From contig OY762721.1 in NCBI GenBank assembly GCA_963666345.1, forward strand, positions 160,001 through 224,000: 64,000 nt of DNA, written 5' to 3'. This document shows, piece by piece, positions 25,141-35,455 of the stretch (its first letter is position 1; each line of letters opens with the position of its first letter). The notes under the pieces are model-generated. The model was given only the letters and a program-made list of their open reading frames with translations, had not been told where the DNA came from and did not search any database. Source of the DNA: Desulfatiglandales bacterium (GTDB lineage Bacteria > Desulfobacterota > DSM-4660 > Desulfatiglandales > Desulfatiglandaceae). The position numbers and the translations under genes are program-made.

Positions 25141-26826
25141 TTACCCGGCGGTATTATTTTCCTCTGTTATATCAGACAGTAAGTTTTTCTGCATTTTTTC
25201 CACACCAGGGGTTATGAAAGGGACGTTGCTTTTCTTCCAGGCAAGGCCGTCTTCGATAAAATAGGCAAGGACCTTCCTGTCATCGCATACATCGGCTCCT
25301 CTTCTTTTTCGATTATTAATCCTGGCCATCATGCATATCGTTCCATACAAATAACAACTCAGAAAAGTAATCCTCCTGAGAAAAAATTCCTTTTGCACTA
25401 TATTTCTCCCGTAAACAAGAAGCCCTCCATATATAAGTAACCTGATTTTCCTGCTGCTTGATCTTATAAACCGTGCGCCCTTTTTCATGACCGGAACCGC
25501 CGAAAGAGGCGTTTTCCATCCTTTTTCCCCGAGCATGCCTGAAATGAGAAAAAGGAGCGTTTTGAGTCCTCCGCCGGAAAAGGCCTTTATGGATCTGTTT
25601 AATCGTCTGATCAGATAAACTGGGGGATAGATCGAGTGGATCTCGGTGGTGCCCTCAAATACCGTTGCCACCCTGAAGTCCCTCATCCTCTTTTCATAAG
25701 GCATGTTTGAAAGATAACCGGCCCCCCCTGCCACCTGAAGGCCATCATAGAGGGCATCCCAGGCCTTTGTCGTTCCGAATAGTTTGCAGTGGGAACTTTC
25801 CATGGCAACCGTTGAAACCGGATCATCCATAAGCATGCCAGCGGTAAAAGCGGTCATCGCTTCTGTCACCGCGCCATAAACCTTCGCCTTTACCATCTTT
25901 TCCTGGATAAGTTCAAAGGAATTTATAGGTACACTGAACTGTATTCTTTTCTTTGCCCTCATCTTCATGTCCTCATAGGATTGCTTCATTATTCCAGAGG
26001 ATGCCGCCCCTAGGGCCATCCTTCCATAGTTCAGTATGCTCATGGCAATTTTAAAACCATCTCCAGGTCTTGCCAGCAAATTTTCAACCGGCACTTTAAC
26101 ATTATTGAAATTAATTGATGCGGTGGAACTGGCCTTCAGCCCCATCTTCGGCATGTCCCTGCCTATTGAAACACCCTCCCTGGCTGTCTCCACGACAAAT
26201 GCCCCCATAAAACCCGGTTTTTCAGGATTTAGCTGGGCAAAGACGGTCAGCCCTCCTGCGTAGTTGGCATTGGTTATATAGGTCTTCTGTCCGTTAAGAA
26301 GATAATATTTTCCGTCCTCAGAAAGTATTGCCTTGGTCTGGATATTTTTCGCATCCGATCCGGTCAAAGGCTCGGTAAGTGCATATGAGAATATCATTTC
26401 ACCTCTTGCCGCAGGCACAAGATATCTATTCTTCTGTCTTTCATTTCCATATAGGACAATTCCTTTTGTTCCTATGGAAAGATGCGCCAGGCTCAGAATC
26501 GCCAGTGCCATGTCTGAGGCGGCTACCTCTTCAACCACCTTCAGATATTGAAGCAGATCAAGCCCCATCCCACCATACCGGCTGGGTATATTAAGCCCGA
26601 AAAATCCTAGTTCGCTCAGTTTTTTTAATAAATTTTCAGGTATTGCCCCCTTTTCTTCAAGTAACGAAGGAGGGTATTCTTTCTGAAATGCCAGAAAATT
26701 TTCTATAATTTCTCTTGTGGTCTCATCACCTTCGATATCCCTGAAAGATGAGAACCTTTTATTGTCAAGGATTCCTTTGTAAAGATCAGAGAGAAACTGT
26801 CCGTCACCCATAAAAACACCCCTCAT
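25141..26826 (-). CDS. Acyl-CoA dehydrogenase (long, VLCAD/ACAD9-like)
   Basis: YALTEPLTGSD, LNGQKTYITNA, KMGLKASST, R.QF, GGAGY and FEGTTEI. Start may be ATG 26811. Confidence 0.9.
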   Translation of the reverse strand: MRGVFMGDGQFLSDLYKGILDNKRFSSFRDIEGDETTREIIENFLAFQKEYPPSLLEEKGAIPENLLKKLSELGFFGLNIPSRYGGMGLDLLQYLKVVEEVAASDMALAILSLAHLSIGTKGIVLYGNERQKNRYLVPAARGEMIFSYALTEPLTGSDAKNIQTKAILSEDGKYYLLNGQKTYITNANYAGGLTVFAQLNPEKPGFMGAFVVETAREGVSIGRDMPKMGLKASSTASINFNNVKVPVENLLARPGDGFKIAMSILNYGRMALGAASSGIMKQSYEDMKMRAKKRIQFSVPINSFELIQEKMVKAKVYGAVTEAMTAFTAGMLMDDPVSTVAMESSHCKLFGTTKAWDALYDGLQVAGGAGYLSNMPYEKRMRDFRVATVFEGTTEIHSIYPPVYLIRRLNRSIKAFSGGGLKTLLFLISGMLGEKGWKTPLSAVPVMKKGARFIRSSSRKIRLLIYGGLLVYGRNIVQKEFFLRRITFLSCYLYGTICMMARINNRKRRGADVCDDRKVLAYFIEDGLAWKKSNVPFITPGVEKMQKNLLSDITEENNTAG

Positions 26827-26882
26827 ATAATTTCATAGTCTGCAAACAGCAGAATTATTCTCTCCAGAGGCGGTAAAGGCCC

Positions 26883-27065
26883 CGTTAAATCCATGGAGTT
26901 TTGGAAACCGTGCCCTCTGTTTCTGCACTCTATTTTTTTTCATACCATGCACCTCCATGCTGGCACATATACAAAATCACCCGGACCGGTGATTTTCTTT
27001 TCCACGATATCCCCTGTCCTAGGATCGAAGACTTCTTCACATTCCTTAAAGTTTGAAACATTCAT
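26883..27065 (-). pseudogene. Probable degraded cupin-domain gene
   Basis: AAGGAG RBS and ATG 27065 give MNVSNFKECEEVFDPRTGDIVEKKITGPGDFVYVP. The cupin motif-2 continuation (SMEVHGMK) is in another frame and the first frame stops at TGA 26940. Left boundary approximate. Confidence 0.55.
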
Positions 27066-27519
27066 AATTTTCTCCTTTCAATTTAACGGCTTCGTAAAAG
27101 GGCTAAATGTCCGGCGTTCAGCGCCCTTTCACTTCATAATAAAATGCAGATTCATTTTTAAAATATCACAATAGAAAATCATATTCCACAATGATCATAT
27201 GCCGTACATTCTCAGGCATACGGCATTGAATTAAAGGGTCCATTATTCTCTGACTTTCGCACATCTTACAGGTTGAGCCAAATCCTGGAACCTGGGGGAA
27301 ATTGACCTACATCGACGGTCTTCAATTTCACCGATTTTTTTCTCATGCTCTCGTGCCGGCGATGGAGATCATATATCTTGACAGGCGGCTGTCTACTTTG
27401 AGAAATTGGGGACCCGCTCTTAAACAACATAAACCCTATTCCGTTCCCTGTTTATTTATTTTCTCCTGCGGGTAGGGCTAACGAAAATAAACGATTATTA
27501 CGCAAAATTGGGATATTTT

Positions 27520-28149
27520 ATGGGCCTTATACGAGGATCTGCCACTTTTACACGCTTTTATGTTGACGGGAATCTTACTGAAGACTATGCCGAGCGTCTT
27601 CCCGATCAGATCAAACGCTTCTCATTCAGGCGTCTTGACGAGCATTCCATCTCTGATCGTTCTACAGGCTGGGTCAATTTGATGAATATATTCAGTACCG
27701 ATTTCGATGCAAAGGAATTCCTTACGCCTCCCTATTTAACGCTGTCCTATCGCATCGACTCGAGGAATGTACCCAGAAACGCACTCACGCAGCACTGTCT
27801 GGAGGCGGAAAATGAGATAAAAAAGGCCGAAGGCCTTGAGTTTATACCCAGGGGTAAAAAAAAGGAGCTCAGGGATTTTATTTGGGCTCAATTGATAAAA
27901 AGGGCGATCCCTAAGACAAGCACATATGACATGATCTGGAATCTTGAGACGTCATTTGTATTTTTCGCTGCAACAAGCAGTAAAGTCATAGATGAATTTT
28001 CAGATATCTTTTTTAAAACCTTTAATCTTGCTCCCTCTCCCGTCTACCCTCTTTCACTTGCCCGTCTGAACCTGGAAACGGAAGACCATAACCCTGCGCC
28101 CCTTGAAGCACTCGTGCCCATTGATTTCAAAGGAGGAAAGGAAATATGA
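27520..28149 (+). CDS. RdgC-like recombination-associated protein (first of pair)
   Basis: GSATFTRF, STGWV, YRIDSRNVP, KKELRD...RAIP and F.KTF pattern of RdgC N-terminal-like proteins. Confidence 0.7.
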   Translation: MGLIRGSATFTRFYVDGNLTEDYAERLPDQIKRFSFRRLDEHSISDRSTGWVNLMNIFSTDFDAKEFLTPPYLTLSYRIDSRNVPRNALTQHCLEAENEIKKAEGLEFIPRGKKKELRDFIWAQLIKRAIPKTSTYDMIWNLETSFVFFAATSSKVIDEFSDIFFKTFNLAPSPVYPLSLARLNLETEDHNPAPLEALVPIDFKGGKEI

Positions 28150-28673
28150 ATCTACTGGAACAGGTGGAGGGTTCGGAATTTATCGGAAGGGATTTCCTCG
28201 TATGGCTCTGGTTCAAGAGTGAAACCAATGACGGCATTATAGAGCTTGAGGAGGTAGGGTTCGCGGAGATCGTTCTTGAAGGCAAGCTGACTCTGGAAAC
28301 AGAGGGCGCGGATTACACGGAATCAATAACCTGTTCAGGAAGCATCCCTCTTTTGAAAGAGGCCCGGTTCGCCCTTACACAAAACAAAAAACCGACCCTT
28401 GCAGGCATAAGACTTATAATGGGTGACGACGAGTTCCTATTTTCCCTTGATTCCAGATGGATGAACTACAAGGCACTTAAGACGCCACGGATCATGGAGG
28501 ATTACAAAGACGACCCTGACGGGCTTTTTTATGAAAAGTTCGGGCTCATTGAAAAGGCGGTTTCGATGATGGACTCGGTCTTTATTCACTTCATAAAACT
28601 GAGGCTGTCTGAAACATGGACCGAAAGAGAATCACCTGATCTCATGAATTGGATAAATAAAGGGAAAGAATGA
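28146..28673 (+). CDS. Hypothetical protein, RdgC C-terminal-half-like
   Basis: IGRDFLVWLWFKSE and EARFAL...K motifs. ATGA overlap with the upstream gene. Confidence 0.65.
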   Translation: MNLLEQVEGSEFIGRDFLVWLWFKSETNDGIIELEEVGFAEIVLEGKLTLETEGADYTESITCSGSIPLLKEARFALTQNKKPTLAGIRLIMGDDEFLFSLDSRWMNYKALKTPRIMEDYKDDPDGLFYEKFGLIEKAVSMMDSVFIHFIKLRLSETWTERESPDLMNWINKGKE

Positions 28674-28783
28674 GAGTACTGTTACTTCAGCAGGTTATTT
28701 GACCTACCGGACCTGGACCGATCTCTCCTTGGATCAGGCAGGAAAATATTTACGGTTTATAGATCTCGGTCTCCTTTTTCGCC

Positions 28784-30376
28784 TCAGACCTGCTCCTGAG
28801 TCTTATGAAAAGTAATTTCAGGCCATTGTTCCATGCACCTTCCCAGACGCCAGCTACTTGTGGCCAGAAATGCAAGGCGGCCCGCAGAGTCCTCTGCCAG
28901 AGAATTTCTGTTCTCCTTTTCAAACTCCTTCATATAATTATTATCCGTACAAGACACCCAGCGAGCGGCTTCGTACCGGACATTATCATAAACCGTGTCA
29001 GCACCATACTCGTTTTTTAATCTCTCAGATGTTACGTCAAACTGAAGAGGGCCTACCGCACCCAGGATGTATTCGCTTCCCCCGAGAGGTCTGAAAACCT
29101 GAACGGCCCCCTCTTCCGACAGCTGAACAAGCCCTTTGTAAAGCTGTTTGCTTTTCATGGGGTTTTTCAGCCTTATTCTTCTGAAATGCTCCGGCGCAAA
29201 GCTTGGTATCCCGATGAATTTGAGGGCCTCCTTTTCGGTAAAGGTATCCCCAATCTTGATGGTACCGTGATTGTGAATACCTATTATATCGCCTGGAAAT
29301 GCCTCCTCTACGGTAGCCCTGTCCTGGGCCATGAACAGGGTCGCGTTGCCAAGGGAAATATCCTTTCCCGTTCTCTGATGGACGACCTTCATTCCCCTTT
29401 TGAATCTTCCGGAACAAATCCTCAGGAATGCTATCCGGTCCCTGTGGGCGGGGTCCATATTGGCCTGTATCTTGAACACAAACCCGGAAAACGACTTCTC
29501 ATAGGGAGAAACCGGCCTTGTGAGGCTTTCCCGTGTCAGGGGTGCCGGGGCCATTTCTACAAAGGCATCAAGAAGTTCCCTGACACCGAAATTATTTATG
29601 GCGCTACCGAAAAATACGGGTGTCTGATTTCCCTTAAGATAATGCTCCAGCTCAAATGGATCAGCTGCCACCTCCAAGAGTTCCACCTCTTCCCTCAAAT
29701 GATCCGCCTCACTTCCCAGAAGCTCATCCAGACGTGAATCGCAAAGGTCGGTTATCCTAACACCTTCCTGCAATTTACTGCTTTGCCCGCCCTTAAAAAG
29801 ATGCAGTTCCTTTATATAGCGGTTATAAACCCCCTTAAATGATTTCCCCATGCCTATGGGCCATGAAAGAGGCACACACTCGATCTGCAGCTTCTCCTCT
29901 ATGTCCGAAAGCAGGTCAAGGGGTGCCAGCCCGTCTCTATCCAGCTTGTTAATGAAGGTGATTATCGGAGTGTTGCGCATGCGGCACACCTCCATAAGCT
30001 TTTCTGTCTGGGACTCCACTCCCTTTCCACTATCGATTACCATCAGTGCGCTGTCCACGGCGGTAAGAACCCTGTATGTATCTTCGGAAAAATCCTGGTG
30101 CCCTGGGGTGTCGAGCAGGTTTATCTCGAAGTCTCTGTAATTGAATTTCATGGCGGATGTGGTCACAGAGATACCCCTCTCTCTTTCTATCTTCATCCAA
30201 TCGCTGGTTGCATGCCTGGCCGCTTTTCTTGCCTTTACAGCACCTGCCTGCTGTATGGCGCCTCCAAAAAGTAAAAGCTTTTCCGTAAGCGTGGTTTTAC
30301 CTGCGTCAGGATGGCTTATTATCCCGAAATTTCGTCGTTTTTCGACCTCTTTTCTGTGGATGCTATCTGAATTCAT
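28784..30376 (-). CDS. prfC: Peptide chain release factor 3
   Basis: [38 protein letters not shown] and [14 protein letters not shown]. Confidence 0.97.
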   Translation of the reverse strand: MNSDSIHRKEVEKRRNFGIISHPDAGKTTLTEKLLLFGGAIQQAGAVKARKAARHATSDWMKIERERGISVTTSAMKFNYRDFEINLLDTPGHQDFSEDTYRVLTAVDSALMVIDSGKGVESQTEKLMEVCRMRNTPIITFINKLDRDGLAPLDLLSDIEEKLQIECVPLSWPIGMGKSFKGVYNRYIKELHLFKGGQSSKLQEGVRITDLCDSRLDELLGSEADHLREEVELLEVAADPFELEHYLKGNQTPVFFGSAINNFGVRELLDAFVEMAPAPLTRESLTRPVSPYEKSFSGFVFKIQANMDPAHRDRIAFLRICSGRFKRGMKVVHQRTGKDISLGNATLFMAQDRATVEEAFPGDIIGIHNHGTIKIGDTFTEKEALKFIGIPSFAPEHFRRIRLKNPMKSKQLYKGLVQLSEEGAVQVFRPLGGSEYILGAVGPLQFDVTSERLKNEYGADTVYDNVRYEAARWVSCTDNNYMKEFEKENRNSLAEDSAGRLAFLATSSWRLGRCMEQWPEITFHKTQEQV

Positions 30377-30399
30377 ATTCTCCCGCCTTTTATAAACAT

Positions 30400-30427
30400 A
30401 AAAACCGGGCCGAAATAAAGCCCGGTT
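30400..30427 (-). terminator. Intrinsic-terminator-like hairpin upstream of prfC
   Basis: Minus strand AACCGGGC-N9-GCCCGGTT followed by a T-rich tract. Confidence 0.55.
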
Positions 30428-30776
30428 GGTTTTAACTCTAATATAATGTCATGCCGGTAAAGGTCAACCCTGATCCATTGATCTTCATACCGACACCTGA
30501 GCCTGTTTGATACCTCAAATCTCTATTTACCGATAAACGCCGTGGATCTCACGATTGTCAAGTTTTTTCTCTGTCACGGCATTACAAGGTCTCATACAAT
30601 CTCGGATTGCCTAAAAGCAGCACCTCTCTATTAGCCATAAAAAGACCTCTTCCTAATCAGTCTTCAACAGGCACACGCCTTTTCGTCCGTACGATATCCT
30701 TCCGGGAGGACAAATAATATTTTGGGCAGAAGAGATCAAACATAAAATGACCCGTCATGTTTCTGTTCCTCTATGA

Positions 30777-31640
30777 CTATTTTTCTGAGTAATGGTAAAA
30801 GCCTCTGCCGCTCTTTCTTCCCAGCTGTCCCGCCTTCACCTTTTTTCTCAGGATATCGGGTGGAAAATGAGCAGGTTCCCTTGTTTCGTTATAGATCCCC
30901 ATGCGTGCGGCTAGCACCACATCAAGGCCTACCATGTCCATCAGCTCAAAGGGTCCCATAGGATATCCCAACCCCAGCCTCATCGCCTTGTCGATGTCCT
31001 GTGCGCTGGCAATACCCTTTTCCAGCAAGCGAAGGGCCTCCAAAAAGGCCATCCCGTTTATTCTGTTGACAATAAATCCTGCGCTGTCACGGTTTACAAG
31101 GACCGGTTCTTTTTCCAGGGAGATGACAAATTCCCTTATGCGGGAGACGGTTTCATCTGATGTCAAAACCCCCTTAACGATCTCGACAAGTCTCATGCGG
31201 TGAACCGGGTTGAAAAAATGTATCCCCGCGACCCTTTCCGGCTTTTTCAGCACAGAGGCAATCTCCGTTATCGGTATGGAAGACGTGTTGCTTCCAAGAA
31301 CGGTATTTTCGGCACAGCTTTTTTCCAGGCCTATGAAAAGTTCCTGCTTGGCATCCAGGTCTTCGATTATCGCCTCTATCACAAGATCTGCCGAACCCGC
31401 TTCTTCAATCGACTCCACCTTGGATATCCTTCCTGCTATTTCCCCAACCGGTCCTTTCAGGAGCCCCTTTGCAGAAAGCTTTTCCAAAGCCCACCTGACG
31501 GAATCAATGGCCTTTGAAACGGCTTCAGTTTCTAGATCGCTCATAAACACCTTGTAACCGGCCTGTGCGCAGGCCTGAACGATACCGGTTCCCATTGTTC
31601 CGGTTCCTATAACGCAAACTGTCTTCATATTCCTATTCAC
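30777..31640 (-). CDS. 3-hydroxyacyl-CoA (3-hydroxybutyryl-CoA) dehydrogenase
   Basis: GTGTMGTG, EAIIE, SNTSS, GIHFFNP, GFIVNR, PMGPFEL.D.VGLD and LGRKSGRGFY. Confidence 0.93.
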   Translation of the reverse strand: MNRNMKTVCVIGTGTMGTGIVQACAQAGYKVFMSDLETEAVSKAIDSVRWALEKLSAKGLLKGPVGEIAGRISKVESIEEAGSADLVIEAIIEDLDAKQELFIGLEKSCAENTVLGSNTSSIPITEIASVLKKPERVAGIHFFNPVHRMRLVEIVKGVLTSDETVSRIREFVISLEKEPVLVNRDSAGFIVNRINGMAFLEALRLLEKGIASAQDIDKAMRLGLGYPMGPFELMDMVGLDVVLAARMGIYNETREPAHFPPDILRKKVKAGQLGRKSGRGFYHYSEK

Positions 31641-31762
31641 CCTCTTCTGTGTTCTTTTCCACCCATTTTTTTATCTTTTCGAATAAAACCGGACCTGACA
31701 TATCTCATGTATCTATAAGACCCTTATCGGTTTTAAAGGAACCCCACGCACTTGATTTCCTC

Positions 31763-32866
31763 TTAAGGCACTATCACCGCCTTGAAGAACAGATCCTCGC
31801 CGGTGATTAGACCTCCTGCGAGTCTTACCGCCTTTTCAGCCTCTTCAAGGGGAAACCTGTGTGTAATGATTTCCTCAAGAGGATATTTTCCGGATTCAGC
31901 CAGTTTTATTGCTGGCAGTACGGAGTTTATGTTCTGGCTGAACACCCCCAGCACGGTCAATTCCTTTGTCACGATCTTATCGAGCACCACAGGTATCTCC
32001 TTGTCGGCACCATATAGACCGGGAAGGATTACCCTCCCATGTCGCCCGACCACGTCAAACAGGGCCTTAACGCCTTTACCGCTTCCGCTTACATCCATGG
32101 CGATATCGGCCATATTTCCTCCGGTGATCTCTTTAACGACACCTACAAGGTCCTCCTTTTCAACATCGACACACAAATTTGCACCGAATCTCTCAGCGAG
32201 TTCAAATCTTTTCTTGTCTTTTCCTATCCCCGCCACAATGATGTTGGAGGCGCCCGATTCCCTGGCCGCGATCACAGCCGCCATGCCCTGCTGGCCCGGC
32301 CCTATTATGACCACTGTTTCACCTATCGATACATTCCCCTTCATCCTCAGCCATCTTATGGCGTTACCCAGAACCGCACAGATAAGTATCCCGGTCTCGG
32401 CTGATATCTCCTTACTCACCTTATGAACCATTGCCCTTGGGTGGAGATAAACATGCTGACCATAGCCTCCGAAAAGGTGGGGCGGATTCCTGCAGGAAAT
32501 CATTGATCCGTAATTGTAATTTTTCTCGCATGTGACATAGTTTCCCGTAAGGCATGAAAAACACTCACCACATCCGAATGCATATTCAACTATCACGCGA
32601 TCGCCCTCTTTAAGCCCGTTTTTTTCCCCAAAATGTCGACCCAGTTTTTCAATCGTTCCTATGATTTCATGCCCCATTATTATGGGATAGGGCCTGGGCG
32701 CCTTAAAAGCCTTACCCTTGTAAATACCCGGATCCGAACCACACACCCCCGTCATCTCAACCTTTAGGAGCGCGTCATCATCCTTTATCGATGGGATATC
32801 GAATTCCCGCATCTTCATCTGTCCCGGTCCCTCCAGGACCATCGATCTGGTCTTTTTGTCGGCCAT
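31763..32866 (-). CDS. Zinc-binding medium-chain dehydrogenase
   Basis: GVCGSD, GHE, structural Zn CGECFSC......C and GPGQQG Rossmann motif. Confidence 0.9.
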   Translation of the reverse strand: MADKKTRSMVLEGPGQMKMREFDIPSIKDDDALLKVEMTGVCGSDPGIYKGKAFKAPRPYPIIMGHEIIGTIEKLGRHFGEKNGLKEGDRVIVEYAFGCGECFSCLTGNYVTCEKNYNYGSMISCRNPPHLFGGYGQHVYLHPRAMVHKVSKEISAETGILICAVLGNAIRWLRMKGNVSIGETVVIIGPGQQGMAAVIAARESGASNIIVAGIGKDKKRFELAERFGANLCVDVEKEDLVGVVKEITGGNMADIAMDVSGSGKGVKALFDVVGRHGRVILPGLYGADKEIPVVLDKIVTKELTVLGVFSQNINSVLPAIKLAESGKYPLEEIITHRFPLEEAEKAVRLAGGLITGEDLFFKAVIVP

Positions 32867-32968
32867 TGCACACCCCTCAAAACTCTGATGTAATGGGTCT
32901 TTTTTTCAATAAACCTGCTTCTTCAAGTAACTGTCTGAAAGTCTTCTTTAGCAAATAATATTGAAGGC

Positions 32969-34885
32969 TCACACCTGCCTTTTCCTTTTGATTTTAACCT
33001 GAATGAACTGCCACAGGAAAATCGTTACGGTCAACCCGAAGCCGACGATATCCGTATAAAGCCCAGGTTTGAGGAGCACGATACCTCCCGAAAACAGAAG
33101 CACCCTCTGAATAATATTCATGGATCTGAAAAAATAGCCTTCAAGGGAGGAGCCAAGCGCGGTGCAGCCCACCAGCGCGGTGAAAAGTGAAAAGGCTATG
33201 CGGAATATATTTCCCTGCCACAGCAGTACAGGATCGTATACAAAGAAAAAGGGTACGATATATGCTACAAGCGCTAGTCTGACTGCGGTAAAGCCTGTCT
33301 TGAAAGGAGAGGACCCCGCCACCCCTGCTCCGGCAAAAGCCGCAAGGGCTACCGGAGGCGTTATGGTTGACAGGCAGGCATAGTAAAACACGAACATATG
33401 TGCCGCAAGAACCGGAACCCCCAGGTTCACCAGGACAGGCCCCCCGATTATAACCGTGAGTATGTAAGCGGCGGATGTGGTAAGACCCATCCCAAGTATA
33501 AGAGAGGTGATCATTATATAGATCAGCGAGATGAAAAGATGTCCTCCGGCGGCGGAAATAACCAGGGTGGAAAACTTGAGGCCGAGGCCTGTCTGGGTTA
33601 TCACCCCTATTACTATTCCCGCAGACGCACAAGCCGTTACCACCTGAAGAGATCCCACGGCCCCCCGTTCGAGACTTTTCAATATCGTCGGCACACTCAT
33701 CCTGGTGTCTTTTTTCAGCATGCTGACGGCCACCACCGCTAAGATTGACCAGAACCCCGCCTTCATCGGAGAATATCCCAGCCCAAGGAGTATGACCAGT
33801 ATGATGGCAGGCAATACCAGATGTCCCCTTTTAACGACCTCCTTTTTGAAAGAAGGAAGCTGGTCTTTTGGAATTCCTGTCATACCTCTTTTTACGGCTT
33901 CAAGATGCACCATATAGAAAAGTGCGTAAAAATACAGGAGGGCCGGTATAAAGGCCGCAACGCACACTTTCAGGTACGATATACCTATCATTTCCGCGAT
34001 TATAAAGGCCGCGGCCCCCATTATGGGGGGCATGAACTGCCCTCCGGTTGACGCAACCGCTTCAACCGCCCCCGAGAAGGTAGCGCTGTAACCGATCTTT
34101 TTCATTAAAGGGATGGTAAAGGTCCCGGTACTGACGACATTGGCGACCGCGCTTCCCGATATCGTTCCCATGGTAGCACTGCTAAGGACCGCTACCTTTG
34201 CGGGTCCTCCCCTCAGATGCCCGGCAATGGAACTTGCAAAACCTATGAAAAATTCCCCTACCCCCGAGTGCAGCAGAAAGGCACCGAACAGTATGAAAAT
34301 AAAAATAAAACTTGCAGACACCCCCAGCGGAATGGTGAAAAGACCTTCGGTTGTCAGGTATTGGTAACTGATGAACATCTCCAGATCTATTGCACGGTGA
34401 CCCCATGTACCGGGTATCAGGTGACCCAGAAGTGCGTAGCCGACGGACACAAGCGTTATGATAGGAAGGGCTGAACCGAGTACACGTCTGGTTGATTCAA
34501 GTACTATTATGATCAGGATTCCCCCATAGACAAGATCGGCCGTAGTGGCGGCACCCCCTCTCAGAACCAACTCCTTGTATTCCGAGATTATATAAATAAG
34601 GCTGAAACAGCTCAGAATCATAAGGCCGAAATCTATTATATCGCCTATGATCCTTGAGCCCTTTCCCTTATCCTGTCCTTTAAAACAAGAGGCGGTTAGG
34701 AACGTTATAAGCAGGGCGAAAAGCAGGTGAATTGATCTCTGCACAACGGCGGAATAAAGGCCGAACTGAGATGTATAGAGATGAAACCCCGACATGGCAA
34801 GGCCGGTGACGGTCACAAGGAAGCCCTTGGTGAACATCCTTTTTCTTGCTGCCTGAAATGTCTGACCATTGATCATAAAGTCCAC
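32969..34885 (-). CDS. TRAP transporter fused 4TM/12TM permease
   Basis: RGGPAKVAV, SGSAVANV, ASTGGQFMPPIMGAAAF, GMGLTT and TPPVALAAF. Confidence 0.93.
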   Translation of the reverse strand: MDFMINGQTFQAARKRMFTKGFLVTVTGLAMSGFHLYTSQFGLYSAVVQRSIHLLFALLITFLTASCFKGQDKGKGSRIIGDIIDFGLMILSCFSLIYIISEYKELVLRGGAATTADLVYGGILIIIVLESTRRVLGSALPIITLVSVGYALLGHLIPGTWGHRAIDLEMFISYQYLTTEGLFTIPLGVSASFIFIFILFGAFLLHSGVGEFFIGFASSIAGHLRGGPAKVAVLSSATMGTISGSAVANVVSTGTFTIPLMKKIGYSATFSGAVEAVASTGGQFMPPIMGAAAFIIAEMIGISYLKVCVAAFIPALLYFYALFYMVHLEAVKRGMTGIPKDQLPSFKKEVVKRGHLVLPAIILVILLGLGYSPMKAGFWSILAVVAVSMLKKDTRMSVPTILKSLERGAVGSLQVVTACASAGIVIGVITQTGLGLKFSTLVISAAGGHLFISLIYIMITSLILGMGLTTSAAYILTVIIGGPVLVNLGVPVLAAHMFVFYYACLSTITPPVALAAFAGAGVAGSSPFKTGFTAVRLALVAYIVPFFFVYDPVLLWQGNIFRIAFSLFTALVGCTALGSSLEGYFFRSMNIIQRVLLFSGGIVLLKPGLYTDIVGFGLTVTIFLWQFIQVKIKRKRQV

Positions 34886-34970
34886 CGATAGTTGAAAACT
34901 GAAAAATGTAACGTGGAAGTATTCAAAAACGAACGTTGCTTATGATCGCTCAAACAGATTACTGTTCCCT

Positions 34971-35450
34971 TCAGGGCACTTCGATTAATACCTTGAGTGT
35001 TGTTCCTGCGGGGATCAACTCACTGAGATAAAAGACCTCGTCTTTAAATAGAAGCCTGTGATTTGCATCGCTTCTTGAGCCCATGATAAAGGTGACTTCT
35101 TTCACAACTCTATCGATAGCGGTTATCTCCCAGGTTCCATCTTTTTTTATGACAAAATTTTCATAGAAAAACCCCTGCCCGTTCAGGTTCGAACGACCGC
35201 CTGATTTTACATGAACAATAGATCCCCTGTCTTTTATCTGGAAGGTATCTCGGTAGTAAACCCTGTCATAGGAGTGAAGGAATTCGATAGCGAATCGATC
35301 CTTTTTTGAGACGGGAACACTCAAATACGTATTCCCGTCTCTGACACCCCTAATTGACAGATGTAAAGGTTCGTCTCCGGATTCCTGAGAGGATACGGGA
35401 AATGAAATCAGGATAAGGAGAGTCGTCAAGAGTGAAACGAACCTTTTCAT
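34971..35450 (-). CDS. DUF1850-like exported protein
   Basis: Signal peptide and F.HS motif (FLHSYD). Lies between the TAXI SBP and permease, the usual position of DUF1850. Confidence 0.7.
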   Translation of the reverse strand: MKRFVSLLTTLLILISFPVSSQESGDEPLHLSIRGVRDGNTYLSVPVSKKDRFAIEFLHSYDRVYYRDTFQIKDRGSIVHVKSGGRSNLNGQGFFYENFVIKKDGTWEITAIDRVVKEVTFIMGSRSDANHRLLFKDEVFYLSELIPAGTTLKVLIEVP

Positions 35451-35455
35451 ACCCT

